Of a stretch of DNA of 64,000 nt, positions 27,840-41,010 are shown one piece after another (the first letter of the stretch is position 1; each line of letters starts with the position of its first letter). Under the pieces are notes generated by a model. That model did no database searches. It was not told where the DNA came from and worked only from the letters and a program-made list of their open reading frames with translations. Origin of the DNA: Octopus vulgaris (lineage: Eukaryota); contig OX597815.1 of NCBI GenBank assembly GCA_951406725.2, positions 145,948,001 to 146,012,000 of the forward strand, given 5' to 3'. The position numbers were made by a program, and so were the translations under genes.

Positions 27840-27843
<4 letters not shown>
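27590..27843 (-). mobile_element. TA-embedded insert related to 26433-26960
   Basis: agggtgaa..aattaatt..tcacctag and gcaac..ttgc.tgaccacataccga..ttagaaatagcagccaaag match the reverse complement of both ends of 26433-26960. Confidence 0.6.
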
Positions 27844-27894
<51 letters not shown>

Positions 27895-27897
<3 letters not shown>

Positions 27898-28080
27898 TTC
27901 ACTCATTTATTACTGTTATTTTATTATTCTAACGCCTCTCCATTGTTCGGAAATGTTTCGTGAAACATCTGTTCCCTCTTCAGCGGCACTTTTCGTTTCC
28001 GTGTGTTGTTGCTCCACTTACTCCATTCTGAACAGTTAAAAATAATAAAATAATAGTAATAAACGAATGAAGTATGAATA
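27895..28080 (-). mobile_element. TA-embedded mini-element with ~40-bp terminal inverted arms and a degenerate hammerhead
   Basis: Arms 27895-27933 / 28035-28080; minus strand CUGAAGA-gggaac-agau-guuucac-GAAAC-auu..aau-gga at 27931-27990. Confidence 0.65.
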
Positions 28081-28094
28081 TATATATATATATA

Positions 28095-28382
28095 TTTTCT
28101 CTAGTTTCAGCTCAGAGCTGCGGCCATGCTGATGCACCGCCGTTTTGTGCTACACTGTTATTGCGAAGAACCTCGTCTAATATGTGGTACTTGGTGAAGA
28201 ATGGAGTTTGATGTAGCTATTCTCATTTGCACCTCTTGCCGTGAGGTAGGTTCATCTGGGACTCTCGACAGGAAGATGTCCAGCTTTGATTTTAAAACCG
28301 CTACATCTGCTTTGTGCAAGTTCCTCAGACACTTTGGGAGAATATTAAAAAGCTGTGGGCCCTTCAAACCCAGGCTGTTATA
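28095..28382 (-). mobile_element. CR1-clade LINE 3' end (related subfamily to the 44471 element)
   Basis: YNSLGLKGPQLFNILPKCLRNLHKADVAVLKSKLDIFLSRVPDEPT aligns with the C-terminus of ORF 44570; tail ggcggtgcatcagcatggccgcagctctgagctgaaactag. Confidence 0.88.
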
Positions 28383-29892
28383 TATATAAATATATATAGT
28401 GCCTGTGGTTACTTGGCAAAAATATAAAAAATACAATGAAATGACCATCTCGAACCAAAAATCTGTGTGTGTGTGTGTATATATATATAGCATGGCTGGT
28501 TGCTGACATATTTTTCCGCTTTGTATGGATATTTTTTCTTTTCTCTGAAAATAAATTATCTTATTCGTATCTCACAAATAAACATTAGTTTGTTTTCATT
28601 TATTGAATATGTATGTGTGTGTTCGTGTGTATTTGTGTGCGTGTATGTGTGTGTGTGTGGATGTGTGCATGAGTACCTGTGTGCAAGCGTGTAACATCAA
28701 ATATCTGTTATAAGCTTTTGGTAAACATTTAAATGTCTGACTATGTATCGTTGCTTTTAAACTTGTATAGAAGTTGAATCATTTAGATTTTGATTATAAT
28801 ATCGTTTCAGGTTTGCTTACTAATTATTTCTATACTGTTTGTTACTGGATCAGTTAATCTAGTGGATGGCTATTTATAGCATGGCGGTGGTGGTGCTTGA
28901 AAATGAAAATGAAATAATTTTTTACCTAGCGTCAAAGATCCAACTGGTTTCTCTATTTAAAATCGTTTTTCTATTTGTTTGGTTTTGAATTCCGAGCGCT
29001 GAGTGTATTTGTATAAGATTTGTTGTTCTGTATATATTGGCTATTTTTCTAGATAAGAAGCTCTTGTTTGATTTATAATCTATTTCTTGTAAGGCTTTAC
29101 CTTTATCTGATTATACGGAACGATATTTACGAAGATGAAAAGATTTTAACATATTTTTTAAAAGCCTTTGAAAATCGTTACAAGCTTTTACGAAAATTTT
29201 GTCTTTATGCAGGTTCACTCGAGTCATTTCAGAAGGCTGTAACTATATATTTAGACGTGAGCATTTGGGAGTTTTGAATTCAAACTCGTATGAAGGAAGA
29301 TCATTATCTTTCTTGTCAGAGAAATAAGTCAGCCGGAGAGTTCTTTTACAAAATTATCAGTTCTGTAATGTAGGCTTTTCATGTATCATTGTGTGGGGAT
29401 TCTTAGATTCTATTTTGCAAGATGCTATAGATACATATTCATTTTACAGATGAGTGCTGTTCTTATAAAATTCTCAACAATGATAAATAGAGACGGAAAA
29501 CGAATGCACAATAGAATATAAAGAAACTTGAGAAAAATGAACTCAATCCCACATTGAGAGGAATAATGTATAATTACTGAAATTCTTACAACAAAACCAC
29601 TATTAAAGAAAGACAGAAATACATAGAACAATGTATAGCAACATTACAGGGATATTTCACAATACTGTGATGATATACTAAGATTTGTTTCTGCAAAATA
29701 TCAGTTGACACAGATTCAGTAACGAGTAACTTCTATAAAAATGTTCAATGAGAAAAAATGTTTTAAACTATTGATTTTATATCTATCTATCTATGTATTT
29801 CTTTTTTTACAAGTGATAGTTTTTCTACTGCAAAGATTTTGCCACCCTATGAGGGAAAACGGAAACATACACTCACATATACAGACACACAC

Positions 29893-29961
<69 letters not shown>

Positions 29962-29966
<5 letters not shown>

Positions 29967-30174
29967 GTAAATATAATATGTGACAATTATTCGATAGCCA
30001 TGATAAAGCTCCGAGTTTCGGATGTCGGGGCGGAAACGCACGCCGCCATCTATTCAATCTTTTTCGATGGCCGGATAACTAAAGAGATGGCGGCGTGCGT
30101 TTTTGCCCCGATATCCGAAACTCAGAATTTTATCATGGCTACCAAATAATTGTCACATATTATATTTACGGATA
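29962..30174. mobile_element. Fold-back palindrome of two hammerhead-bearing arms (90 bp each)
   Basis: Arms 29962-30051 / 30085-30174; plus strand gauaa-CUAAAGA-gaug..uaucc-GAAAC-ucagaauu-uuauc at 30074-30134 (stem I gataa/ttatc). Confidence 0.75.
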
Positions 30175-30247
30175 AATTCCTCTATTTACATAATATCGAG
30201 GTCTCTTTCATTCTCTTGTTGTCTTACCATTATATATATATATATAT

Positions 30248-30518
30248 TTTACAAAATGAGGGCAGATCAAAAATTCTAATGCCAAATATGCCGGAAAAAA
30301 GACAAAAATTGTCAATAACCATTAAAATTTATGCGTCTCGAAACAAACCGATAGAAATATTAACCCCGAAATTGGGACCAATACGGTAATAACGGATTTT
30401 TTAGAAAAATTCTATCGGTTTGTTTCGAGACGCATAAATTATAATGGTTATTGACAATTTTTGTCTTTTTTTCGGCATATTTGGCATTAGAATTTTTCTT
30501 CTGCCCTCATTTTGTAAA
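30248..30518. repeat. Fold-back palindrome, ~109-bp arms, TA-embedded
   Basis: 30248-30356 vs 30410-30518 are near-perfect reverse complements. Confidence 0.9.
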
Positions 30519-30626
30519 TTATTTATAAATTTAACCTTTAAAGGTATTTTTTGATATGCTGGCCATTGATAAAGATTTTTTCCCGAAAAAAATTTATCCT
30601 ACATTAGTTATATATATATATATATA

Positions 30627-30990
30627 CTAGCAGTATCCCCCGGCGTTGCTCGGGTTTGTAAGGGAAATAACTATAAAGCATTTTTAGAGAGTTATAGCCA
30701 AAAAATAGAAAAAAATGGGAAAAAAATTATGGTAAATTTTTTTTGAGTTAAAAAGGTTGAGCTGCGTCCCCTAGACAGTGTGTGGTTTGTGTTTCTGATT
30801 CTCGACCCCATGTCGAATTTATCGATTTTTTTCAGAACTGGGAGAACTTTTCAAAATTTTCGTTGCGTTAGTTTTGAATTATGACATTGGGCTATGTGTG
30901 TGTCAAGTTTCATCAGAATCGGTTGAAAGCCATGGTCAGGGTGAGGGTACAACCTGACAGACACACAGACACACACAGAGGCAAACTGCC

Positions 30991-31000
<10 letters not shown>
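30627..31000 (-). mobile_element. Non-autonomous Helitron-like element
   Basis: Minus-strand 3' terminus CTAG followed by T (30627-30630), GC-rich subterminal hairpin cccggcgttgctcggg (30639-30654), (acag/acac)n near the other end, inserted in (TA)n. Confidence 0.7.
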
Positions 31001-31060
<60 letters not shown>

Positions 31061-31064
<4 letters not shown>

Positions 31065-31223
31065 GACGGGCACCTTTCACTTTCCATCTTCCAAATCAAC
31101 TCACATGGTGTTAGTCAGCCGGAAACTATAACAGAAACACTCGCCCAAGATGCCACACTGTAGGACTGAGCCAGAAACCATGTGGTGAGGAATGAAGCTT
31201 CTTACAACACAGCCACGCCTGCC
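31061..31223 (-). mobile_element. SINE family S2, 5' half
   Basis: Minus strand ggcaggcgtggctgtgttgtaagaagctt..gctcagtcc..ggcatcttgggcgagtgt. Confidence 0.72.
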
Positions 31224-32661
31224 ACTAGAATTATATTCTCAATACATCAGTTAGAAAGCTAAACTCAATATTGTCCAAGTACATTCGAGATAAAATATAA
31301 TATAAAGGACATATCATTGTACTGAATGAGAAATTGTTGCGAGTACAATCAATAGAGGAATGGCGGTCAGGTTTAAATATTAGAGAAGCGGAAGTTGCTC
31401 CAGACACATCTTTAGGCATTAAAAAAGAAGAACTATATATATATGTGTGTGTGTGTGTGTATGTGTGTTTGTGTGTGTGCGCGTATGTGCGTGTGTCTGT
31501 GTGAATGGTGAGTATATATATATACACATATCTAGCTATTTAAATATATCTATCTAAACATTTATCTATCTCTCATCCTGTCTGCTTGCCTTTCTATTTG
31601 TATGTCTGTCCATCTATCTATATATACGTATTTATGCGTAATTTTGTGTGAATTATTTGATGTTATTCAATATGTCGATGACACATGACTCAGCCCTGAA
31701 TAGGGCAAATATTAAAAAAATGTACAAACTATACAAACATTGAACTTTAAATGTCTGGAGATAGCTAAAAGAAAATAAGTTCTCATTGAAAGTGTGAAAA
31801 ACTTAATATACGCTCTTTCATCACCAACAGGAACGCATTTCCCTTGCTTCAATGCCGCAGCTTGAATTTGACTGTAGCAGTAGTGAATATATTGATCATT
31901 TCAAATTTCTACAAAACATCGTTGATATGCATCGTAAATGGGAACTACATATTGATCTAACCTGCAGGCAATACTACCAATTCTGTAATATTGGTATCTT
32001 ATCTTCCACGAGAAATTTATTTTGCTAGTCACGTGCTTCTAAATATATATATCAGGCTCTTATTAGTTGTCATGAAGACTATGGTGTTTCGTGGGTCATC
32101 ATTGTTGTTGAAGACGAAAATTTTCAAAGTTTTAATTAAATTATTCAACACTGGACATGGTGATTCTCTCAACAGTAATATTCGAGTTTTTAAAGTTTTC
32201 AGACATGTACGCACTTGCACAAATCAAATTTTACAATCATTTTCGGCTTGGCGTTCTGCCTAAGTTTCTGTTGGCTCCAGGGTTATCAAACAACTAAAAT
32301 TAAGCCAAATTTCCAAGTACACATCATGTCAACAATTTTTGTTAGCAAAATATTCGCTCACAAAAACCAAACACTTTCAAAACGTAATTTTAAAAAAAAT
32401 AATACATTCCCAAGAAAAACACCACGCCCGAATGTTTTCAGATAAACGTATAAATCCTGAAATCCACAACTAGAAGAATAGCTCAAAGTATACTAATCCG
32501 TTCAGCCACGTCTAACGACTGTGGTACCACACTTGTACACTTGGAAGGTTCGTTAACAGGAAACCGTTGTATGTTGTTTGTTATTTGAATAAACTTATAA
32601 TAATGAGTAAAGAATACATGCATGTATGAATACATCTATCTATCTATCTATCTATCCCCCC

Positions 32662-32708
<47 letters not shown>

Positions 32709-32712
<4 letters not shown>

Positions 32713-32877
32713 GTAAATAGCTTGTTTACCAACCACACGGATCCGAGTTCAGTCCCACTGCGTAGCACCTTGGGCAAGTGTCTCCTACTATAGCCTCGGG
32801 TCGACCAAAGCCTTGTGAGTGGATTTGTTAGACAGAAACTGAAAGAAGCCCGTCGTATATATTTATATATATTTATG

Positions 32878-32927
<50 letters not shown>

Positions 32928-33117
32928 TCCTATCCAACATCGCTTGAAAACCGATGCTGGTGTGTCTACGCCCGCGTAACTTAGAGGTTCGGCAAAAGAG
33001 CCCAATAGAATCAGTAATAAGCTTACAAAGAATATGTCCTGAGGTCGATTTGCTCGACTAAAGGCGGTGCTCCAGAATGGTCACATTCAAATGACTGAAA
33101 CAAGTAAAAGAGTAAAG

Positions 33118-33120
<3 letters not shown>
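32709..33120 (+). mobile_element. SINE family S2, near full length
   Basis: tgtggtaa..gagttcagtcccactgcgtagcaccttgggcaagtgtc..internal microsatellite..aaggcggtgctccagaatggtcacattcaaatgactgaaacaagtaaaagagtaaagagt. Confidence 0.9.
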
Positions 33121-33187
<67 letters not shown>

Positions 33188-35866
33188 AATATATATATAT
33201 ATATATCATTCATTCATTTAATTCATAATAATGCTATAACCGTTGATCAGTGTTGACCTGCGGCTAAGCAAACTGCAACAACTGGCATTTGGTGATAAGG
33301 TCGAAAGAATTCGATTTTTTAGGAAAACAAAACAAAAGGTTTTCCATGCCATCAAAATTTACAATCCGGTATTTGTGCATGCTATTGATCTTTGCGTTAC
33401 TTGTAATGTATTTCGTCAGAGAAAACTGGATCTTTCGATTCACTTGTTCTTCATTTTGGGCCATAATATCAAGTAATCCACTTTGTTTTAAAGGCAGTTA
33501 GATTTTATAGTATAGAACCAGATGTTTTTGGTTTCTTTCCCGTACTATGAGCAACACATTGCAACGCAGCAGAGGGAGAGAGAGAGAGAAAAAAGAGAAA
33601 GAGTGAGCGAGAGAGAGAGAGAGAGAGAGAGATTGGGGAAAATGAGATTTCACTCAGAAAGAAAATGTATCAGTTATCTTGACCAAATGTAATATTTATA
33701 TAAATCATTGGGTGTTTTTATGTGTTCGCGCTAATGTGTAATACCTTAGCGAATATCTGTTTATTTATATATTTTCAATAGCTGAGATACTTTCTTCGAA
33801 TAATTACAGTTTTTCAGATTCTTGCATGCTTCTCCGATATAGATATAAAGTCGAATGTTATTCCTAATACACACATGCAAATACACACACATACACATGA
33901 CCATAAACGCCGGCCTTAGATTATTATGAGTGGAAGATTGTAACATGTTTTCTGTAATTGTTTTAGGTGCCTATACTTTCTAGATGTCACAGACATAACT
34001 TGACTCAGCGGAACAAAAAGGATGTATCAGATGAAAAAGAGGAAAACTCACACCAGCTCTAGGCCGATATGAATTTTCAGAACGTTTCCGTACACTCTCG
34101 CCCGATTCCGTTTAAAATATAATGATCAAATCAAGTCTTTGGCTGAATACATTTGCTCCATGTGTCGTACAGTGGGATCGAATTGAAAGCCAATTTCAGA
34201 CGAGCTTCTTAACAGCCATACCAGTCCATGCATACCAGGTTAAATTTTATCTCATATTTCTGTTGTTCAATATATGTATCTTACAACATATTACAACGTG
34301 TGCCTTCTAAGAAGATTAAGTACTCTATATATGTAGTGCTGGGGGAATAAAATTCACAATTGTGTTATTTGTGCAATTCTGAGAGAAGCCAACAGATGAC
34401 ACATGCCTAGGTCTGACTTAAAATCAAAAGAGTTTTTCGGTTTCAGGTTAAAGACACATAATATTTAGCTCTAAAATGCCTAATTCTAAAATATTAATTT
34501 TTCATTTCCAGAAAATTTCAAATAAATACTTAATACGTTTGGCGAATTTAACCAGTATCCGGATATATCGGGTGCTTATTTCGTTAGTCAAGACGATATG
34601 GCTAAACATGTAAAAGCAACTGAGAAACAGACGCAACACAATGGACATTAACGTTTTATTGTTCTAAGACATAAGAATGAAAGATTAAATTATTTATATT
34701 TTATTATATAAAGCAAAAGCAAATGAATAATGTCGTTCAATTATTGGTAGAAAAGTTGGCGTAAATCTAGAACAGAAAAATGAAGAACATGGAACCGAGG
34801 ATAGGAAGAGAGCTATTGTGAAACTGGTTTTCCTCTTTCGTTGTGAATTTTTGCATGGAAGTAGAAATAACACAAATACCACGGCGCATTTCTCTTCCAC
34901 GTTTCTAGTAATCGAGCCTCTTATTATTTTTGTGTTTAGAGTTATTAGAAGATTAAAAATTAAAATTTTTTTGGTTTCAATTTTTAGAATTTTTTTGTTT
35001 TGTTCTTACCGTCATAGAAGTGACATATTGTTGTTGATAAAATCAGAATTGATATGACAAAGGAATATATTATCTCAGAATGTTGGCTTGTGAATTTAGA
35101 AAATAATCTTTATATAATATCTTTATATTTTATCAACAAATTTGTTATTTCTTTCTTATGTAAATGTCGTACTATCCAGAGGAACGATGTTATACCAATA
35201 TTTTTATGTATGACTGAATGCAAACAATGGAAATGTGACATACAATGGAAACTGAATCTCTATTTGCAACCAAAATATCAGCTATCTCTCATACATCGCT
35301 TCCAAAAGACTAATACAATTAGTATAAACAGTAGACAATAATATTTTAATGCTATAAACGAACATTCAGTTTGTGAAGTATCTCCATGTAAAAGGCGCTT
35401 TAAATGTTAGCATTCAGATCTTTAATCTCATTGCAGTTACTGACCAAGCTAAATAAGTTAGTGGTATATGCTTCGGTTTCTGTTTTCTTATAAAATAGTG
35501 ATGTAATTTCATTAAACTAACATTATTTGAAAATCGAAGCTACGTTGACCTTAAAGAAATTCATCCAACTTCTGTTTTTCTGATTTTTTAAAATTACTTT
35601 AGTAGCGACAAGATATCTTTTAAAACATTTGCGATATGTTGTACACAGAATGTAATTCCTTAATTTTCGAAGTTGTATTGTGAATAAGAGCTATAATTAT
35701 ATTAGATTAACTTTCATTGAAAATTAAAACAACTTTGATCTTAAAGTTATCCTAGTTCGTTCTTTTTTTATTTTCCTACCAAAATATTCTCTACAATTTT
35801 TCTCGTATCTTCCACACAAATTTAAGTAGTAAAGCTGAAATATTCATCCTTCTCTCTCTCTCTCTC

Positions 35867-35908
<42 letters not shown>

Positions 35909-36659
35909 ACTTTTACAAATGGAAAGGCGTTGTTTCGCAGAACATTTTAATAAAGAATCTATGGAATCCATGATCATCCCCACCTTATATCTTATTCGTA
36001 ACTATAACATTTCATTGGAAGGAATAGATAAAATCTAAGTCATTTTAGTAATAGCTCCTTAAGGAAGTGGGTAAACTCATAAAATTCGTATTAGATGTCA
36101 GTCTATATACTGATCAATTTACCTGAAATAGCAATCAGATATTCACAAGTTACATCTTACCGTCTTAAACAACAAGTATTAACTGTTAAAAAATGTTGAC
36201 CAAGATATATCTATCAGAACTGGTCGGTCAGGGTAACGATGGCAGCAGACAACAACAAAAGTATAAACAACAATATTATTGCTGAAATAAAATTAAATTG
36301 CTTTTTATTTTCCATTCGAAATAATCAGGGAAACTTGGCACGATAGTAGACTTTAACTGGATACTGAAACCTGCTGCTCATGTAGATACAGAAATTAGAA
36401 TATCCAAACTGATAATCCGACGTGCTAAAATGTTGAGTGTAAAATATCAGAAGCTTGCAAAGAATGAAAAATCTGTATGAAAATTTTCAACGAAATGTTA
36501 AAATAGTTTATTTGCTACAACTATACACACTATTTATAGTAGATTGTCTCATTTTTTCCCTTTCTCAGCCAATTTTATATAGTTATACATTGTTGGCCAC
36601 AATGCGTTCTTCTCTTTCATTTGAAACCGACTTCCTTATTATACAATCTTCCTCTCGTT

Positions 36660-37075
36660 ATTGAGATCTTCGTAGTGGTCCAATTTGATCTAGTGGGGAC
36701 CACCTGGCACCTACACGGACCCACAACCTATCAGTGAGCCAGGAGACACTTCCGGACCAGCGAAACCTGCACTTTAGCTATTGCACGTTCACATTCTTCT
36801 CTCATGTCCGTTGTCGAGTTACTTCGTTTTTGATATTCTCTTGCAGTGGTATTCCTAGCATGGAACATTTTATGACCCTCTATGCAATATCCTGTCGTTT
36901 TTCTTCTTTCGTCGTAGTAACCCACGTCTCCCTTGCGTATAAGAGCTCAGGGGAAGGGGCGGTGTTGTTGAAGAGGTTCACATGCAGGGTATTGCGCAAT
37001 TGTGCTTTGAACATATCTTTAATCGAAAGAAATACCTTCCTATCTGATATTACTCTGTGGGAGATTTCAGTGAAC
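36660..37075 (-). mobile_element. RTE-clade LINE 3' fragment, degenerate
   Basis: Peptide LFNNTAPSPELLYARETWVTTTKEEKR matches the RTE LFxSxVLPxLLYxxETW motif; frameshifted downstream. Confidence 0.7.
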
Positions 37076-39036
37076 ATGGTCCTACATATATTTATTTTCA
37101 CAGTTGGCTCTACTCCTACACCTCCTCAATTTCATCGTTTATCATCAGAGGTCATATCGCAGCATAATATTCAAACCACTACACTTGTTATTCATATATC
37201 GATGATTAGTTACGAGAAGAACTGTACACATTATATTGGCTTTGGTATCGTGGAGGGTGAAGAAAATTAAGCTGTATTAGTATGAAATGTTCAAAAGGAA
37301 ACCATGCCAATATATGAATTCGCCTAAAGAACAATACAGCTTCTACCATACTTTTAACTCTGTGAAAATATTGAGATGAAAATAAAGTGATACATATTTC
37401 AACGGCTATGTATATAACAAAATTGAAACTAGAATAAATCGAACCATCGTTTGTATACTCTTGAACAAGAGAGATATTTATCATATTAGCCATATTGGCT
37501 TGGCTACAGCCCGCGAGGTTCATGTTTGTTTCCGAGGCTTTAATTGTATAACTGCAGTGAAATATTTCCTATTGGGAATTGAAATCTGCTTTGGTTATGA
37601 TCTGTAGATATGGATTTACTGCCACTACACAACTACCATTAATAGTTTCCATAAAAAATATGGATTAACAACTAAAAATGTTTACAACCATATGTTTATT
37701 TCAGAAGGCGTGTTCTTTAAAAACAAAATGAAATGTTTCTATGAGAGATGTGTTTGATTATATATGAAAATTATATCGTTTCTGGAAAACTACTGCAATA
37801 TATTTTATCTTCTAAAAATTAACTTCCCATGAGAAGCCACTTCAGAAACGAAAATAAAGCCAAAAATATCTAAAGATAGGAAAATAGAAAAAAACTGTTA
37901 CCTCTTAAACTGCGCCAAAAATTAGGAAAATTGTTATAGTTAGTATTATCTAGACTTAGAGTCTACGATATAAATATTCATTGGCGTCTCCAGAATTGTC
38001 TCAATAATAGAACAACTCTGTTTACCAAATGTGAGTTCGAATATATTATGGAATTTACTAGGAAATTCAGAATGCCAATCAAAAAGCAGTATAACACAAA
38101 GAGAAAGGAAAAAAAGCAGAAAAATACTATAGAGGAAAAGAAAAATAGAGAAAATACTGTAATAGTCGCTCTACCTAATTCTTTAGAAATCGCAAATAAA
38201 GTATCTACCATCTTTGCACCTTATCAGTAAACCTTAAAACATCGAATGTCTGCTGTGTTGGAACGTCAAAAAATAATAGAGAGATTCTTTTTCATTTTGA
38301 ATAATTACATAGCTTTCGGTGTCCATACATTTCTTTGGTAGCAACAACAGGAAAACAACAACGAAAACAACAATTAAAGCGAGTAAAATGCCGACGACAA
38401 AAGCAACGTACGAGTGAAAAAAATAGAAAGAAACTAAGAGCTGATAGAATGAGATCAAAGCAAGGTGAACGTAGAGCGATAACTAACGAACTACGTCATC
38501 ATCCATTACGAAGATTGAAAATGAAGTTGTTAAAAAAAAAATTACTATTCAACATCAAAATAAGTTCAAGTAATTTTACATCCTGATATAAAAAGAAAAT
38601 GAGGTTTTCTACCTACACAAGACATTAATCAACGTCAGAAACTGGAATAGAGTGTTCATATCACACTGCCGAGGATGATAGGCTTTTTAATAATAAAAAT
38701 GTGGAATAAATAAATTGTCATGCAGTACCGTATAGTAATGAAATTGATAAACGTCTCGTGAGGTCAGAGTTATCAATCGATGTGATATCAGTCCCATTGA
38801 CGCCTCGAATGCGGAAATTGGTAAGGGGAACCGTACATAGCGTTTATTGGTGTAAAAGAGTTCCAATGAGAAATCGAATTCATGTCATAGACCGATGTTT
38901 AGTGATGTATATTAAGTTAGCTATTAGGATGAAAGTAAATTCTTAGACAATAATATAGGAAAAAGGACCCTGATATTGACTATTCTATTGCTCCATATAT
39001 AAGCAGAATAAAAAGTAGATATTAAGTTTCACATGA

Positions 39037-39240
39037 GGCGCGTGACTTAGTTGTTAGGGTGTTAGACTCATGAACGTAAGGTTGTGATTTCAATTCCTGG
39101 ACCGGGTGACGCGTTGTGTTCTTGAGCAAGAACCTTCATTTCACGTTGCTCCAGTCCATTCAGCTGGTGAAAATGAGTAACGCCATTGAAACCGGGAAAT
39201 CGGCCCTCATGAGACTCGCATGATTCGAGAAGGACACATT
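39037..39240 (+). mobile_element. Chimeric SINE: S1 head/CORE with S4 tail type A
   Basis: 39037-39180 matches S1; 39188-39240 gaaaccgggaaatcggccctcatgag..atgattcgagaagga matches 21436-21486. Confidence 0.78.
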
Positions 39241-39687
39241 TATTTGTTATTGTATTATTAAGTTTCACAGGTTATTGTATGATTAAGTTTCTAGGGCTCA
39301 ATCTCAGTCTGCCACTCTGGAGAAGTACTCTTGCACTCAGATCACAAGTATTCTTGGTACTTTTAGATGTTTAGAGAACCCAGATGTTTTGGTACTTTTA
39401 GATGTTTGGAGAACCCAGATGTTTTTTCGGTTAATGAGTACAGGTCACTTATATTTACTTCAATATTTGCAGCCTTAATAAAGCTGTCTTCGTACAAAAC
39501 AATTGTACCGAAATATTGATCCATTGCTGTTGCTTTTTTCTTATTTATAATCACCCCGCATTATCTTATGGTTAACAGCATATAGATTTCTGGTGCATCT
39601 AAGTTAAGTACCGCATTCATGTGAATTCAACAGAAATCACTTGAATCTTAATTGCTTTTACTATATATATGTATATATATATATATG

Positions 39688-39733
<46 letters not shown>

Positions 39734-39789
39734 CATTAATATATATGCATATATATATGCATACATATATATATACATATACATACATC

Positions 39790-39815
<26 letters not shown>

Positions 39816-39821
<6 letters not shown>

Positions 39822-39885
39822 AGTACATTAAAAGGCCTCTAAAAGAAGAAGCAAGTACTAGATGCCTTTTAATGTACTTATATAT
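39816..39885. repeat. TA-adjacent hairpin, ~26-bp arms
   Basis: tatataagtacattaaaaggcctcta / tagatgccttttaatgtacttatata, one mismatch. Confidence 0.88.
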
Positions 39886-40030
39886 GAATAACATATAGCC
39901 TAATGGCTAACATGTCTTTTGTGCTAGATCACCGGTAATAATAATTTATTTTATTACCTTTTTACTATGTTTATATATATAGATATAGATATATATAGAT
40001 ACATATATATATATAGATAGATAGATATAG

Positions 40031-40083
<53 letters not shown>

Positions 40084-40191
40084 TATATATATATATAGAT
40101 AGATAGATAGATACATATATATATATATATACATACGCACACACATACACACACACACACATATATATATATATATGCATACATACATACA

Positions 40192-41010
40192 TAAGACGCG
40201 GTGACTAAACTGTCGTCTAAATTACGCAAAAATGTTAACACTGACATCTCATTTTAAGAGATATATTCACGAAAATTGAATAAGAATACTTTGAAATACT
40301 AAAGAGTAAATTTATTCAATCCAATCTCCATTGACTTCAACCTCCAGACGACTCTGGAATCTGCTGCAACTCTTCTAGACGGTCTTCTTGTTTAAGTTGG
40401 TCAGTGCTGCGAGAATCCTCGCCTTCAGTTCGTCTTTTGTGTTACCAGCAGTTTTGTTAGTCACAACTGCGTCCCACACAATAATCAAGACGTTGCAATC
40501 TGGGGAGTTAGTTGGTCAGATGTTAGGGGTGATATGGTCGCAGAAATTGACAGCCATGACTAGATAACCCTGCTAGTGTGGAATGGGGCAGAGTCCTGTT
40601 GCTAGACACACGGTCTTCCAGGAGCCACCCTCTTAACCCAAAGCAGCTCTACTTCTTCCAGGCAATTAATGTAGGCCTTTGCGTTGAGTCTGAGTGTGTG
40701 TGGGAAGCTGAATGGAGGCATAACGTCGCCATCGCTAGTGATTGTTCAAAACACCATGATGTTGACTGGATGTTTGATTTTTATCCTTAAATTGCACTCT
40801 CCTCAGATTGACACTCAAACATTCTGACATCCCAAGTAGTACATCGTCACAAAATTTTTGGCAGATAGAATTACATTATGGTGCCCTTATTCTCACAGAT
40901 GCTGCCCAACTCATCCTACTATACTGTGTAATCAACAAAATCAAAAGCAAAGAATCCACATGCGCGAAACTAAAAATATAAATTGGCGACAATTTACTCC
41001 TCGCACTTTG
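40192..41010 (-). mobile_element. Tc1/mariner-superfamily transposon remnant (maT/DD37D-like)
   Basis: Minus strand NFCDHITPNI*PTNSPDCNVL..VWD (WPPNSPDxNPLD-type motif) near 40470-40550; degenerate TIRs gcggtgactaaactgtcgtctaaatt / aattggcgacaatttactcctcgc. Confidence 0.7.

Noticed and set aside
26383-28400. CRISPR-like alternation of repeat and unique spacers
   Set aside because: Repeats are variable-length (TA)n, inserts are 100-530 bp transposon fragments, and the context is eukaryotic with no cas genes
31740-32250. Possible Mutator-like transposase fossil on the minus strand (NTIVFMTTNKSL..)
   Set aside because: Diagnostic DGTF motif not recoverable by eye; needs a profile search
36734-37270. 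178-aa plus-strand ORF
   Set aside because: Antisense to the RTE fossil; no recognisable domain
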